Source: a virus. Taken from it: a stretch of 64,000 bases of DNA. The notes under the pieces were generated by a model that did no database searches, was not told the DNA's origin, and saw nothing but the letters and a program-made list of their open reading frames with translations. Below, piece after piece: positions 10,231 to 19,193 of this stretch. The position numbers and the translations under genes are program-made. Numbering within the stretch: the first letter of the stretch is position 1; each line of letters opens with the position of its first letter. The stretch is from IMG/VR virus record IMGVR_UViG_3300008012_000022, positions 1 through 64,000 of that record; one strand, given 5' to 3'.

Positions 10231-10491
10231 TTTAGTGTTTACGAGACAAGACGTTTCCAAAAAATAAAGGTTGGAGCTTTTTCTCGCGACCTTTAAAAAA
10301 CAAGATTCCCTCTCTTGTTTTGTCGTCTACTTCCCATGCGTCAAGCTTCTATATTTGCGTGCCCATAGAATATTCGTTTGTTAAATCGGGACCACCCCCA
10401 TATAACGCTTCGATATCTTCTGTTAGAACAACCTTAACCGCCAACAGTAGACTTTTATCTTCTGCTTTCGTGGCTTTATCTAAATTCGCCG

Positions 10492-10863
10492 CTAATATTG
10501 TTCTAACACGTTCTTCAAGCATAATGATATATGTCCCGCTGTATCTTCGGGATTTAAAGGTACGTTATGCATCTCAAGAGAAAATGACTCCATAAACCAC
10601 GTATAACCCGCGATAGTTGATTGCATCCCCATCAAGTCACCATAAATAGGTCGAAGGTAAGAATTCCATTCTTTCACAGAAAAATTAAAAGAAAATTCTG
10701 ATCTGACTGCCTCTTCGTATTCTATTGCCCTGAAAGGTTTATATGGATTGACAAATTTAGGTTGTGGAAGTTTTAATGTTATTTCGCGCCTGTTAAACAC
10801 GGCTTCAATAAGGACTTTTTCCAAATATTTCTTAAATTGACTCTTTGCATCTGTGCTCATCAC
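10492..10863 (-). CDS. Hypothetical protein
   Basis: ORF overlapping the upstream gene end. Confidence 0.5.
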   Translation of the reverse strand: MMSTDAKSQFKKYLEKVLIEAVFNRREITLKLPQPKFVNPYKPFRAIEYEEAVRSEFSFNFSVKEWNSYLRPIYGDLMGMQSTIAGYTWFMESFSLEMHNVPLNPEDTAGHISLCLKNVLEQY

Positions 10864-11611
10864 CTATATGTTCGGCTGTTACAAAATCAGGGTTAAAAAA
10901 GCAAAATGGATGAGGATCATCAGTGAACATATCCTTCATCGTTATACCACTGATTAACTCGCAATGATATTGCTCTAAAAGGTTGGGAATAGCCTTGATG
11001 CTATTATTAATTACTCGTAACGCATGATACCATTCTCGTGGTCGCACGAAAGTTGGTTGAAATGTCATCGTTGGTCCATATGGAGTAGCTTTGTCACCTT
11101 GAACGAAAATATCATCCGTCGCCTTAAACCAATCTGGCACCTTATCAGTATCACGATTTATACGCACACATAACTTTTCAGGATGTTCGTGTAAATATTC
11201 TTCTGCTAATCTAACAACCTGATGCATACTTGCCTGAGTAGTCTCGATAAGCCAATCATCTTCTATAAAAAGAACAGTATTATGTTTTAATACCTCAGGG
11301 TGTGAGAAACAAGTCAATTTATCCGCATAATAACCATTAGCATGAGAAGCGTCATTGTGACTCCATTCTGCTTTTGTTTTTAAAACATAAAAGTTGTGTT
11401 TCCGAAAGAACTTCTCCATTTCCTCCGCGATATCATCCTCATCGGGAGAAACTTTAATATGCGCGAATTTTTCAAGCGGATAATTTGAAGGAAACGCTAA
11501 TGCATTTGAAGAGGGAAATTCCCGCTCTAACCGTTCAACTGTTTCCTGATAACAATTTTTGTATCCGAAGTGTCCCTTTGTAGACGTATATAAAACTATT
11601 CCGCAATTCAT
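10832..11611 (-). CDS. Glycosyltransferase-like protein (GT-A fold)
   Basis: VLFIEDDW DxD-type motif, TFQP, terminal HIG. Confidence 0.65.
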   Translation of the reverse strand: MNCGIVLYTSTKGHFGYKNCYQETVERLEREFPSSNALAFPSNYPLEKFAHIKVSPDEDDIAEEMEKFFRKHNFYVLKTKAEWSHNDASHANGYYADKLTCFSHPEVLKHNTVLFIEDDWLIETTQASMHQVVRLAEEYLHEHPEKLCVRINRDTDKVPDWFKATDDIFVQGDKATPYGPTMTFQPTFVRPREWYHALRVINNSIKAIPNLLEQYHCELISGITMKDMFTDDPHPFCFFNPDFVTAEHIGDEHRCKESI

Positions 11612-11820
11612 ATCACAATAATTTTCCAGTTATGTGCTTCTGCGAGTTTTTTTAATTTCGCGTAATCAATATGTGTGAAGTAGATAGCCCCATGTAACGG
11701 CATCAGATGCTCTACATAAACCAGATCCTCATCAGGATGCGTCAACTCCCACCAACGATAATTATCATCGTCAATATTTGAAACTTTCTTCTCACAATAT
11801 TTGATTCTTATTTCCACCAT
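11608..11820 (-). CDS. Small hypothetical protein, similar to 24141..24419
   Basis: WWEL...LKKLAEAHNW resembles WWVV...LCFLAELHGW. Confidence 0.55.
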   Translation of the reverse strand: MVEIRIKYCEKKVSNIDDDNYRWWELTHPDEDLVYVEHLMPLHGAIYFTHIDYAKLKKLAEAHNWKIIVI

Positions 11821-12617
11821 TTTTTCCCCAATCCATGAGATATCGAAACATTTTCATCCTCAATTGTTTCAATGTCTGTTGCTACCGAAACTTTTTCGCC
11901 GTTTCGTGCGCTCCAAACTGGACCCCAAAATTTGTTGTTTTCCACGCGTTTTTCTAAATCAAGGTATCCGAGATGAATCACATGTGGAGCATAGGTGCTG
12001 AACATTTCATTTTCCGCGCCGAGTGCTGCGGGTGATGCAAATCGTTCTTCTGAGATGAATGGAACGAGATTACCACGTTCATCAATCAATTCACACGTAT
12101 CTGACTGATTAGTGTCAATAGTGCCATCTGCCCGTTTTGCGAAATTGACAGGGCCGCGAAATGTGCCCTCTCGCTTGTGCAAATACCATTTGCGCCCGAT
12201 ATCCTTAAAATGCTCTGTATCCTTGTATAAGTCGATTACTGGAATCATAGCGGCGACTTTATCAGGATTATTTGCAAGCGAAGAGGTTAATTGCGCCCAC
12301 ATGATTTTATCGCCACCCATCCTTTCGTCAAAGTCTTGTTGAACAACAAAGTCATATTGACATTCTTGCAAAGCCGCATTTTTTAGTTTTCCGTCGAAAT
12401 ATGGGTCATCTAGATCTGTATCAACTTCGACTACCCGAACTTTTACTGTTGATACGTTGTCAGAAAGAACCTGACACGTTTTTCGCGCTTGACCCTTGAT
12501 TGTGGCAACTAAAATTTCCTTTGCGTAATAACTCCAATTTGTTAAAGCACCATCTATGTCAAATAACCCATTATCCACATTAAAGAGGCTAGTATATACT
12601 GAGAAGTTTCCTGTCAT
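11808..12617 (-). CDS. Family 2-like glycosyltransferase
   Basis: KNAALQ.C..DFVVQQDFDER and late HLGY; start at MTGNF. Confidence 0.75.
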   Translation of the reverse strand: MTGNFSVYTSLFNVDNGLFDIDGALTNWSYYAKEILVATIKGQARKTCQVLSDNVSTVKVRVVEVDTDLDDPYFDGKLKNAALQECQYDFVVQQDFDERMGGDKIMWAQLTSSLANNPDKVAAMIPVIDLYKDTEHFKDIGRKWYLHKREGTFRGPVNFAKRADGTIDTNQSDTCELIDERGNLVPFISEERFASPAALGAENEMFSTYAPHVIHLGYLDLEKRVENNKFWGPVWSARNGEKVSVATDIETIEDENVSISHGLGKKWWK

Positions 12618-12630
12618 GATATTTAAAATT

Positions 12631-12783
12631 GTGACGGTGGGACGAGTGCGACCCCACTTTGACTCTGGCAACGTAACCAAAGATTTTCGTCTGTTTCTTA
12701 CTGGCACTGATTATCTTCCAAAGGTGATCAAACCTTTCGCACTTCAATACTCATGGCACGGTTTGGACGTTACCCCAAAGTTT
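12631..12783 (-). ncRNA. Candidate pseudoknotted structured RNA
   Basis: Nested stems plus a 7 bp loop-to-internal pairing; G-U wobbles favour the minus strand. Confidence 0.55.
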
Positions 12784-12824
12784 CTAATTTATTTTTTTCC
12801 AGTTTTGGTAATTTAAGTGTATTT

Positions 12825-12853
12825 AAGTGGATTTTTGGTTCCACTTTTTTTTT
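12825..12853 (+). terminator. Rho-independent terminator-like hairpin
   Basis: AAGTGGA-N8-TCCACTT followed by a T run. Confidence 0.5.
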
Positions 12854-12873
12854 GCGATATGCGTTTTTTGGCG

Positions 12874-13180
12874 CTAAAACACGTCCTGCGCCTGTTTCAA
12901 ATCCATCCCATCTGCACGTGAGCCACAGTTGGTGATTATTTGTACACACCTGTCGTCCCACAACTCTACCATCTGCATATCCTTTTGGCAAGTGATTTTT
13001 AACTCTTGACCGAGATTTTTTTTGCACCATGCTCTAATCGCGCCCTCAATTTCAAGATGAACGGCTGGATCATCTACCGCTACGCGTGCGGTAAAGATCC
13101 TTACGTCCTTACCTTCCTTTAGCCACTGCTTGACGCGTTCAAGCATACGAGGGACAGGTTCACCAATATCATGGTGGATC
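12874..13180 (-). pseudogene. N-terminally truncated HAD-family phosphatase
   Basis: IGEPVP, VRIFTAR and LWDDR are present, but the catalytic DxDGT motif I is missing. Confidence 0.6.
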
Positions 13181-13366
13181 AACCACTGGTGGTTCAATTG
13201 GTTCTTTAGTTGTTTCCAAAAGAACAATGCGTTCTTCCAGTTTACCTACATACTCATTGAGGTTCTTATTCTTCTCTTCAAGTTGCGCTACTTTATTTTG
13301 ACATTCTTTATCTGAACAAGAGGTCAGACAAAAAAGTATAATGGCGCATAATATATATTTGATCAT
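13169..13366 (-). CDS. Small lipoprotein with coiled coil and Pro-rich tail
   Basis: Lipobox LTSC. Confidence 0.65.
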   Translation of the reverse strand: MIKYILCAIILFCLTSCSDKECQNKVAQLEEKNKNLNEYVGKLEERIVLLETTKEPIEPPVVDPP

Positions 13367-14259
13367 GTTAATGCTATTGGTTTATATTCCCAAACGTTTT
13401 CTGTTTCTTCGATGCTTTCGAAATCTTCTTTAAGTAGATGATATCGAAAGAAGTTCTTCCATACTCTATGAGAGTTAACGAAGTGGCCTAACTGTTCATT
13501 ATCTTCGGTGCGAAGATGTTGCATGAAATTTTTCAGACCTTCAACGTTATCAGTTCCACAATAGTTTTCTACTTCAATATGGTTCGCCCAATGACGCATC
13601 ACCTGTCTTATGGTGTCTGCCCTCTCAATAATAGCTGGCGCAAGGGGATCGTCAGGGTCAACGCCTAAGTATAGATGGTTGGTGCGACCATAGCACCAAA
13701 GATATTTAGCTTCATGATCTATCTTGTTATCCACGGGGCGACCACCTTCTTCTCCGTCTCTAATGCGCCACGTATGTTCGTGTTCGTCTTCGCTGAAACT
13801 ATCTTTAAGATCAATAGATAGAGGGCGAACACCATGTAAACCCCAATGAGGACTGCCAAAGAAAACAAGCCCATCATGCCATTTAAAAGCGAATCCTTTT
13901 CCATAATTATAAATACTCTGCACCTTTTGCATAGCCAAACTATCTAAAAGCTTTGGTAATCCTTCAACCCATTCGGAATTGAATCGTTCCATGCTATCAC
14001 GCATGACAAACCAATCACCTTGTTCCATTACAGACTCGCGTAAGAATACATTCATCTGTAGGTCATGGTCGTTAGTCCACTTGCGCCGTAAAACTTCGCC
14101 GCACCCTTTGCGTTCTTCAAGAAGATCAAGTGTTTCCTGATCTGTTTTGTGGTCACATACCCATATCATCCCATCGAATACCTCATGGCACGGATCTGTC
14201 AGTGCTTTGAGGTTATCGAATTCGGATGACGTTATTCCACATAAATATACTTTACTCAT
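13363..14259 (-). CDS. Glycosyltransferase-like protein (GT-A)
   Basis: IWVCD...D.T.DLL, W..DH..QMN, WFVMRDSMER and PHWGL motifs. Confidence 0.6.
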   Translation of the reverse strand: MSKVYLCGITSSEFDNLKALTDPCHEVFDGMIWVCDHKTDQETLDLLEERKGCGEVLRRKWTNDHDLQMNVFLRESVMEQGDWFVMRDSMERFNSEWVEGLPKLLDSLAMQKVQSIYNYGKGFAFKWHDGLVFFGSPHWGLHGVRPLSIDLKDSFSEDEHEHTWRIRDGEEGGRPVDNKIDHEAKYLWCYGRTNHLYLGVDPDDPLAPAIIERADTIRQVMRHWANHIEVENYCGTDNVEGLKNFMQHLRTEDNEQLGHFVNSHRVWKNFFRYHLLKEDFESIEETENVWEYKPIALT

Positions 14260-14519
14260 TAAATATTGTTTAGGTTTACAAAATTAGAATTTAATTTTGT
14301 TGCTGCCTCATTATAAGCAAGCGCGGCATCTTTTTCAGTATCAAAATATCCAATATTTTTAGTTTTCGCTTCGAAAGTGAGAGAAGACTTCCATTTTTTC
14401 TTTTCTTCACACCATGTAACACCTCTATATTTACTCGCAGAATCAGTATAAGCACCTCCATTTAACTTATTCTCACTGGCAGAACAACTACGTAAATTAT
14501 TAGTATTATTTCTCGTTCT
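14259..14519 (-). pseudogene. Start-less remnant of an HNH-AP2 endonuclease (AP2 domain intact)
   Basis: Reads NNLRSCS.SEN..N...SKYRGVTW...KKW...IGYFDTEKDAALAYNEAA; no ATG after the in-frame TGA. Confidence 0.8.
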
Positions 14520-16077
14520 TGAGGCGATTTCTCACGTCTTCAAACTTATGATCAATAATAAGTTGGCTATTTTTAAAAACAGGAACGAGGTGACTGTTCT
14601 GAGCGGCGAACCATGATACGTCTTCCATCATGACATAATCATTTCCAACCTTATACACCGAGACTAATCCAACTGCCGACTTCTTCAATCCATCATCTGT
14701 CTTTGGATCTTTGAACAGTGCTTTTGGTTCACCGTTAATCTCTGCATAAGTAGCTTTCATAGCGAACCCATAGGTGTCACGTGTCACGATAGCATCAGGT
14801 GTAATTGCACCCTGATATGTAAAGCTACCAATACCATAAACTACATTGGTTGACGAGAACCCTTTAGCTGCAAGACGCTCAGAGATTTCATTAGCACGAG
14901 CAAGTGTGATAGAATCCCCATAGATAGCGCCGATATGTGGGTCAAGAGTTTTGAATCCTGCGTAGTCAGTGCCTCCAAAGGTTTCCCATAGGCACTGGAT
15001 CAATCCTTTCTTTTCATCAGGCGTAATGTATGTTCCTGTCTTCTTGAGTCGTAGCTTGCGACTCTCAATGACTTGTGGATAATATTCTACCTCATCATCT
15101 GTGTAGCCTGCTACAATATGAACAGGATCTCCACTATCAGGACGAATAACTACCTTACCATCACGCTTCATGATTTCTTCTTTAAGCTGAACAAGTGTGC
15201 CACCATCAGGTGTGACAACCTGCCAGAAATCAAAGGTGTCACTGACAAGAGATACTATTCCATCTGGATATACTTCGGTAATCATACGCTTGAAATAATC
15301 GTAATCATCACCTCCATTGTCACCGTATGAAGAACCAGCACAAGCAACTGAGTGTTCCGTTGCATTGACTGAGCAACCAATCAATTCCTGACTTGAGTTG
15401 CCGTTATAATACTTCTCAACGAAGTCGATAGCAGGAACAGTATCGGTGCCAACGAATGATAAAAGGTGTGCAGCGCCAGATAGTATAGCTGATTCAGGTG
15501 AACCATGACCACGCATAGAGAAGTCGTGCCCCTGAAAAGGAACGAAATCACTATCACCTAACGTTTTTTCAGCCCATCCATCAAGCAACTGTCGATACAT
15601 GTGTGCTGTAGTTGCGCTTGTGCATGGCAACCATAAAGTATCACTAAGCAATGTCTCAATCGCATTGCTAATCCAAAAATGATCAGGGTGAGTATTATAT
15701 ACTACCAACATAGGCACACGAAGATTGACTCGTGACCCTTCGGGTAACGCCAAAATTTCAATTGGTAGATACCCTAAATCATGTAGTGCTTCAATGTGGT
15801 CACACTTAGCTTCGCTACCCATGTAGTTCTTATAGCGACGACGATACTGTGCCATCACTTCACCTTTAGGACGGTCAAAGAAATTGCGATCCCAATCGTC
15901 GATGAGGTATCGCTTGAGGAAATATTGTAGTCCGAAGAAGACTACCTTATCTACCCCCTCGACTCGTGATCCACGAGCAGTAAAGTTGCTATACATCATG
16001 GTAGTTCCTTTGGGGAACTGGTGATAATGGCCAAACTTGTAGCCATCCAACATGTAATGAGGACAATTAAGATTCAT
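14506..16077 (-). CDS. Nicotinamide phosphoribosyltransferase-like protein (probable Namat of NARP1)
   Basis: DGYK.GH..QFP, HDFSMRG, ATEHSV, SLVSDTFD, VIRPDSGDP, IYGDSIT, KDPKTD..KKSA. Confidence 0.9.
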   Translation of the reverse strand: MNLNCPHYMLDGYKFGHYHQFPKGTTMMYSNFTARGSRVEGVDKVVFFGLQYFLKRYLIDDWDRNFFDRPKGEVMAQYRRRYKNYMGSEAKCDHIEALHDLGYLPIEILALPEGSRVNLRVPMLVVYNTHPDHFWISNAIETLLSDTLWLPCTSATTAHMYRQLLDGWAEKTLGDSDFVPFQGHDFSMRGHGSPESAILSGAAHLLSFVGTDTVPAIDFVEKYYNGNSSQELIGCSVNATEHSVACAGSSYGDNGGDDYDYFKRMITEVYPDGIVSLVSDTFDFWQVVTPDGGTLVQLKEEIMKRDGKVVIRPDSGDPVHIVAGYTDDEVEYYPQVIESRKLRLKKTGTYITPDEKKGLIQCLWETFGGTDYAGFKTLDPHIGAIYGDSITLARANEISERLAAKGFSSTNVVYGIGSFTYQGAITPDAIVTRDTYGFAMKATYAEINGEPKALFKDPKTDDGLKKSAVGLVSVYKVGNDYVMMEDVSWFAAQNSHLVPVFKNSQLIIDHKFEDVRNRLKNEK

Positions 16078-16231
16078 CTCGTTTAGTTACTTTAAATGTG
16101 ATCGGGACTCCGTTAAAAACTTCTACCCGATATTTTTTCTTGAATTCGTCAAGGAAATTTTGCAATACCAATACGTGTTGTAGATCTGCTTTAGGAGAAT
16201 GTCTAATAGGTGGATCGCCAAAGTCAATCAT
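16067..16231 (-). CDS. 54 aa hypothetical protein between the two NAD genes
   Basis: MIDFGDPP...KRDES overlaps both neighbours (manual translation). Confidence 0.5.
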   Translation of the reverse strand: MIDFGDPPIRHSPKADLQHVLVLQNFLDEFKKKYRVEVFNGVPITFKVTKRDES

Positions 16232-17097
16232 AATACATCTACTACAGTTAAATTTCCGCCACTACAATAATCGCTCTGAGAATTGGTGACATATACGTTA
16301 TCAAATTTTTCACAAAGATCGGGTAAACCATTGCGGTTACAATCTATATGAGCCAGCACGATATCAATATGTTTCGCGCCCCTTCCTTTCAGCTTATCGT
16401 GAAGTCCGAGAAACGTGCCACACATAGCGCCAACATCATCAACCACAATATATTGTTGATCAGGATAGAGATCGCTATCAAAAATAGACCCACCCTCTGG
16501 TCCAGACTTATCTTGCACAACAATATTATTTATTTTACCTGTGATAGGATCACGATCTTTATCAGCATAAACAATATCGAACCACCGATCATTAGTATAA
16601 CCCTGACTATCAAGATACTTCATTACTCGACCCGTGCGTTTGATAGCACCACCATCAGGAGATACTAAAATAATATTATCCTTCTTAAATATTGTATCCC
16701 ATGGCATAACTTCCTCAACTTCGATAGTAAAACAATTATTTAAAAGTGCGGGAAGCACATCAGAATGTGGTTCAACAGTTAAAATTTCATCGACATCTAA
16801 TGAATTTAAAAAGTCAGCATAAACCTTTGAGGTTAATGGTTCGCCACTATCACACAAACGATCTTGCCGTGCTGCTGGAATGTAAGGAATCTTAAGAACG
16901 ATATGTGTTCTTTTACCACCTATTAATTCAGTGCGCCGAATTGCATCCACTTTCGTTGCAATCACCATGGGATCAAACCTTGATAAAATGATTACAGTAG
17001 TTGCTCTTAGTAATTGTACATCATTTATTTTACAATGATAGGTTCCGTCAGGAAACCACAGTTGCTCTTTGACTACCTCGCTGAATGTTTTTATCAT
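16228..17097 (-). CDS. Ribose-phosphate pyrophosphokinase-like protein (probable Adps of NARP1)
   Basis: FPDG, PYIPAARQDR, EPHS, SPDGGA.KR, K.RD, IVVDD....GTF. Confidence 0.88.
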   Translation of the reverse strand: MIKTFSEVVKEQLWFPDGTYHCKINDVQLLRATTVIILSRFDPMVIATKVDAIRRTELIGGKRTHIVLKIPYIPAARQDRLCDSGEPLTSKVYADFLNSLDVDEILTVEPHSDVLPALLNNCFTIEVEEVMPWDTIFKKDNIILVSPDGGAIKRTGRVMKYLDSQGYTNDRWFDIVYADKDRDPITGKINNIVVQDKSGPEGGSIFDSDLYPDQQYIVVDDVGAMCGTFLGLHDKLKGRGAKHIDIVLAHIDCNRNGLPDLCEKFDNVYVTNSQSDYCSGGNLTVVDVL

Positions 17098-17102
17098 GTT
17101 TA

Positions 17103-17130
17103 ATTATACTACAACTTTGGCGCTTGTCAA
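17103..17130 (-). promoter_or_regulatory. Consensus sigma70 promoter TTGACA-N16-TATAAT, leaderless start of the NAD operon
   Basis: Perfect hexamers; ATG 5 nt downstream of the -10. Confidence 0.85.
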
Positions 17131-17131
17131 T

Positions 17132-17164
17132 AAAAAAGGTGAGCGACTTTCGCCGCTCACCTTT
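17132..17164 (-). terminator. Rho-independent terminator
   Basis: AAAGGTGAGCGGC-GAAA-GTCGCTCACCTTTTTT. Confidence 0.9.
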
Positions 17165-17208
17165 AGGCAAGATAGCCTCCACCTTTGCGAACATCCACAA
17201 AGGAAAAC

Positions 17209-17457
17209 TAGATACTTTTTATTGGTGGTGTCGGCGTGTATCCCGAAAGACACTGGCCTCATCAGTTTAGCGACTTAGAAGATCAACCTTACCCCGTTGG
17301 AACGTGCACTCTCTTAATAAGGGATTAATCTCTACTCCTTCCAACCGTTGCACAGTTGTATTGAATGAGCTATAGCGTATTTGATTGTCGGCGTATCGCT
17401 TTCACGAACCTAACCTACATTATGACTCTTGTACTCTTATTATGCTGTTAGTATCTA
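17209..17457 (-). ncRNA. Candidate ~250 nt structured RNA
   Basis: End-closing helix TAGATACT/AGTATCTA, GAAA and UUCG tetraloop hairpins, duplicated ACGCCGACA, downstream terminator. Confidence 0.6.
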
Positions 17458-17463
17458 AATTAA

Positions 17464-17898
17464 TTACTTCTTGACGTATTTCACGCCATCGAAGATTAAA
17501 CTTTTTAGTGTGCGGTGATCTACTTGACGCAAGCGATTATCATAGTCACCCTTTCCACGTTCAATGTCAAGATCAACCACTTGTGATCGACCCATGCCTG
17601 TCTCACGTGTTATCATATAGCCACGAAGTTTTCGCAAGCTACCGTTCTGTTTTTCAAACTCTACAGTGAATACATTGTCACCAACCTCTCCAAATTTGTC
17701 AGCTAGCTGAGTCTTTGTCAGCTTTTCTGTTGATGAAAATTCATCTGCCGAATCTAATGACCTCACTAACGAGGCACCACTGATTGTAATATCATCGATA
17801 CCACGATTAAGATCATTCACATGAATTTGTGTATCTGCTCCATTGGTTTCAGTAACTTCAAGATACTGAACCATCCTTACAATATTTCCTTTTTTCAT
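17464..17898 (-). CDS. Hypothetical protein with a WYL/Sm-like (DUF2693-like) C-terminal domain
   Basis: VFTVEF.KQNGSLRKL.G...D....R...L pattern; start at MKKG. Confidence 0.5.
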   Translation of the reverse strand: MKKGNIVRMVQYLEVTETNGADTQIHVNDLNRGIDDITISGASLVRSLDSADEFSSTEKLTKTQLADKFGEVGDNVFTVEFEKQNGSLRKLRGYMITRETGMGRSQVVDLDIERGKGDYDNRLRQVDHRTLKSLIFDGVKYVKK

Positions 17899-18104
17899 TT
17901 GTTTGCTATTACTACGAATATACCAATTACGGCAATAAAAATAAAAGCGAGAGTCGTTGGAATCCATAAGGGGGCAGTCACCCACCACCATGACCAATCA
18001 ATCACATCTGTTAGTTTCAGATAAAGAAAGATTAAAAAAGTTCCAGTGCTTAATACACCACCACAACCAACATTTACAGTTCCATTTCCGCTATTATTTT
18101 CCAT
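17895..18104 (-). CDS. Small membrane protein (Fragile-X-F/TMEM185-like phage family)
   Basis: LKL..VIDWSWWWV.APLWI. Confidence 0.8.
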   Translation of the reverse strand: MENNSGNGTVNVGCGGVLSTGTFLIFLYLKLTDVIDWSWWWVTAPLWIPTTLAFIFIAVIGIFVVIANK

Positions 18105-18846
18105 AGATAATTTTAGGTTTTTGTTCGCCTGTCTTTTCGAAATAGTTATCGTCGAATTTCAATTGTTCGTCCTCCCACTTAAAACTACAGTGGCCAAAAT
18201 GCTTCTGTTGGTATTCAACTTTACGCTTACCAATCTCATCATTCAACCATGAATAATGATCGATCCATGCTATATCTTGTGGCACAGTAAGATTAGTTAA
18301 CTGTCGATAATCAACAAGTCCATTCGTTCCGATCCGATGATACGCCATATCATTATCCCATACAAAACGAGGACTAAAATCGCCATTATAATGAGTGGAA
18401 AAGATACGCGGAGGACAAAAAGGTTCCTCCATATAACTATCAGTATCGAAGATGTAATTCTTGAGACATAATTTATACCATGCAGCAGGATTATCCTGAA
18501 CGAACTGAACAATATTATTTATTTGTTCAGGGGTATAGATCTCGTCGCCATCTACCAACCAAATATAATCTACATTTGGTAATTGTTGAAGCGCCAAATT
18601 TCGCGCTTCGTGTTCCTGTATATATTCAGGACCGTCTACCAAACGAATTCGAAACTGATTATGACTATTTCTATAGCCACGAAGAATTTCCGTTGTGTTG
18701 TCCCGATAATCTTCTTGAGTAGAATACTCTGCGAAGGGAACCGAGACTGCGCTCACCTCAAAATCGGGACGCAGAAACGGCTCTAAAGATTTGTGCACAT
18801 AAGGCTCTACATTATATGCACAGAAAACTATTCCGAAAGTTGGCAT
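18094..18846 (-). CDS. Family 2 glycosyltransferase
   Basis: AYN.E.YV, D.T.EIL, RNLAL, WLVDGDEIY, HYSW. Confidence 0.85.
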   Translation of the reverse strand: MPTFGIVFCAYNVEPYVHKSLEPFLRPDFEVSAVSVPFAEYSTQEDYRDNTTEILRGYRNSHNQFRIRLVDGPEYIQEHEARNLALQQLPNVDYIWLVDGDEIYTPEQINNIVQFVQDNPAAWYKLCLKNYIFDTDSYMEEPFCPPRIFSTHYNGDFSPRFVWDNDMAYHRIGTNGLVDYRQLTNLTVPQDIAWIDHYSWLNDEIGKRKVEYQQKHFGHCSFKWEDEQLKFDDNYFEKTGEQKPKIIYGK

Positions 18847-19151
18847 TAGAATGGAGCGTCACTACCGCTGTCACCACTGCTACTACCACCTGATGATCCT
18901 GACGACCGTTCATTGTCATCAGGCATCCCTGCATGAAGTCGGAAGTCTGGCGTTTTCTCGCCGCTTTCTTTCTTTGTGTTTTTCCAGACGACGAGGCGAA
19001 CTTTCTCACCGTTCTTCAGTTTATCTGCGATGTCATCACGGAGAGACTGATCTAAACGTGAGAGGTCAATCTCACCCGACTGCATACTGTCATTTTTTGC
19101 GGAGTTCCAAAGACCTCCAATACCAAAATCTGACCAATTAATTTTACTCAT
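18846..19151 (-). CDS. Probable single-stranded DNA-binding protein (DUF736-like)
   Basis: IGGLW...SG.I...N..K....PDFR, Gly/Ser linker, SSB-like acidic DAPF tail. Confidence 0.6.
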   Translation of the reverse strand: MSKINWSDFGIGGLWNSAKNDSMQSGEIDLSRLDQSLRDDIADKLKNGEKVRLVVWKNTKKESGEKTPDFRLHAGMPDDNERSSGSSGGSSSGDSGSDAPF

Positions 19152-19193
19152 GCTTGTTACTTGTTAGTTATTACTAGTTACGTTACTTGTCGT

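Noticed and set aside
12631-12783. RNase P RNA, tRNA or tmRNA identity for this element
   Set aside because: AGUGCCA..GAAACAGAC resembles an RNase P segment, but the GAAAGUC P4 motif is absent; there is no cloverleaf, TTCRA loop or CCA end.
17225-17290. Hammerhead ribozyme (CUGAUGA core on the minus strand)
   Set aside because: Stem II is followed by GACA rather than GAAA, and I could not build convincing stems I and III around an NUH site.
17165-17457. NAD riboswitch controlling the downstream operon
   Set aside because: A strong terminator and a separate perfect promoter lie between the RNA and the operon, so cis control is not required; kept only as an unassigned ncRNA.
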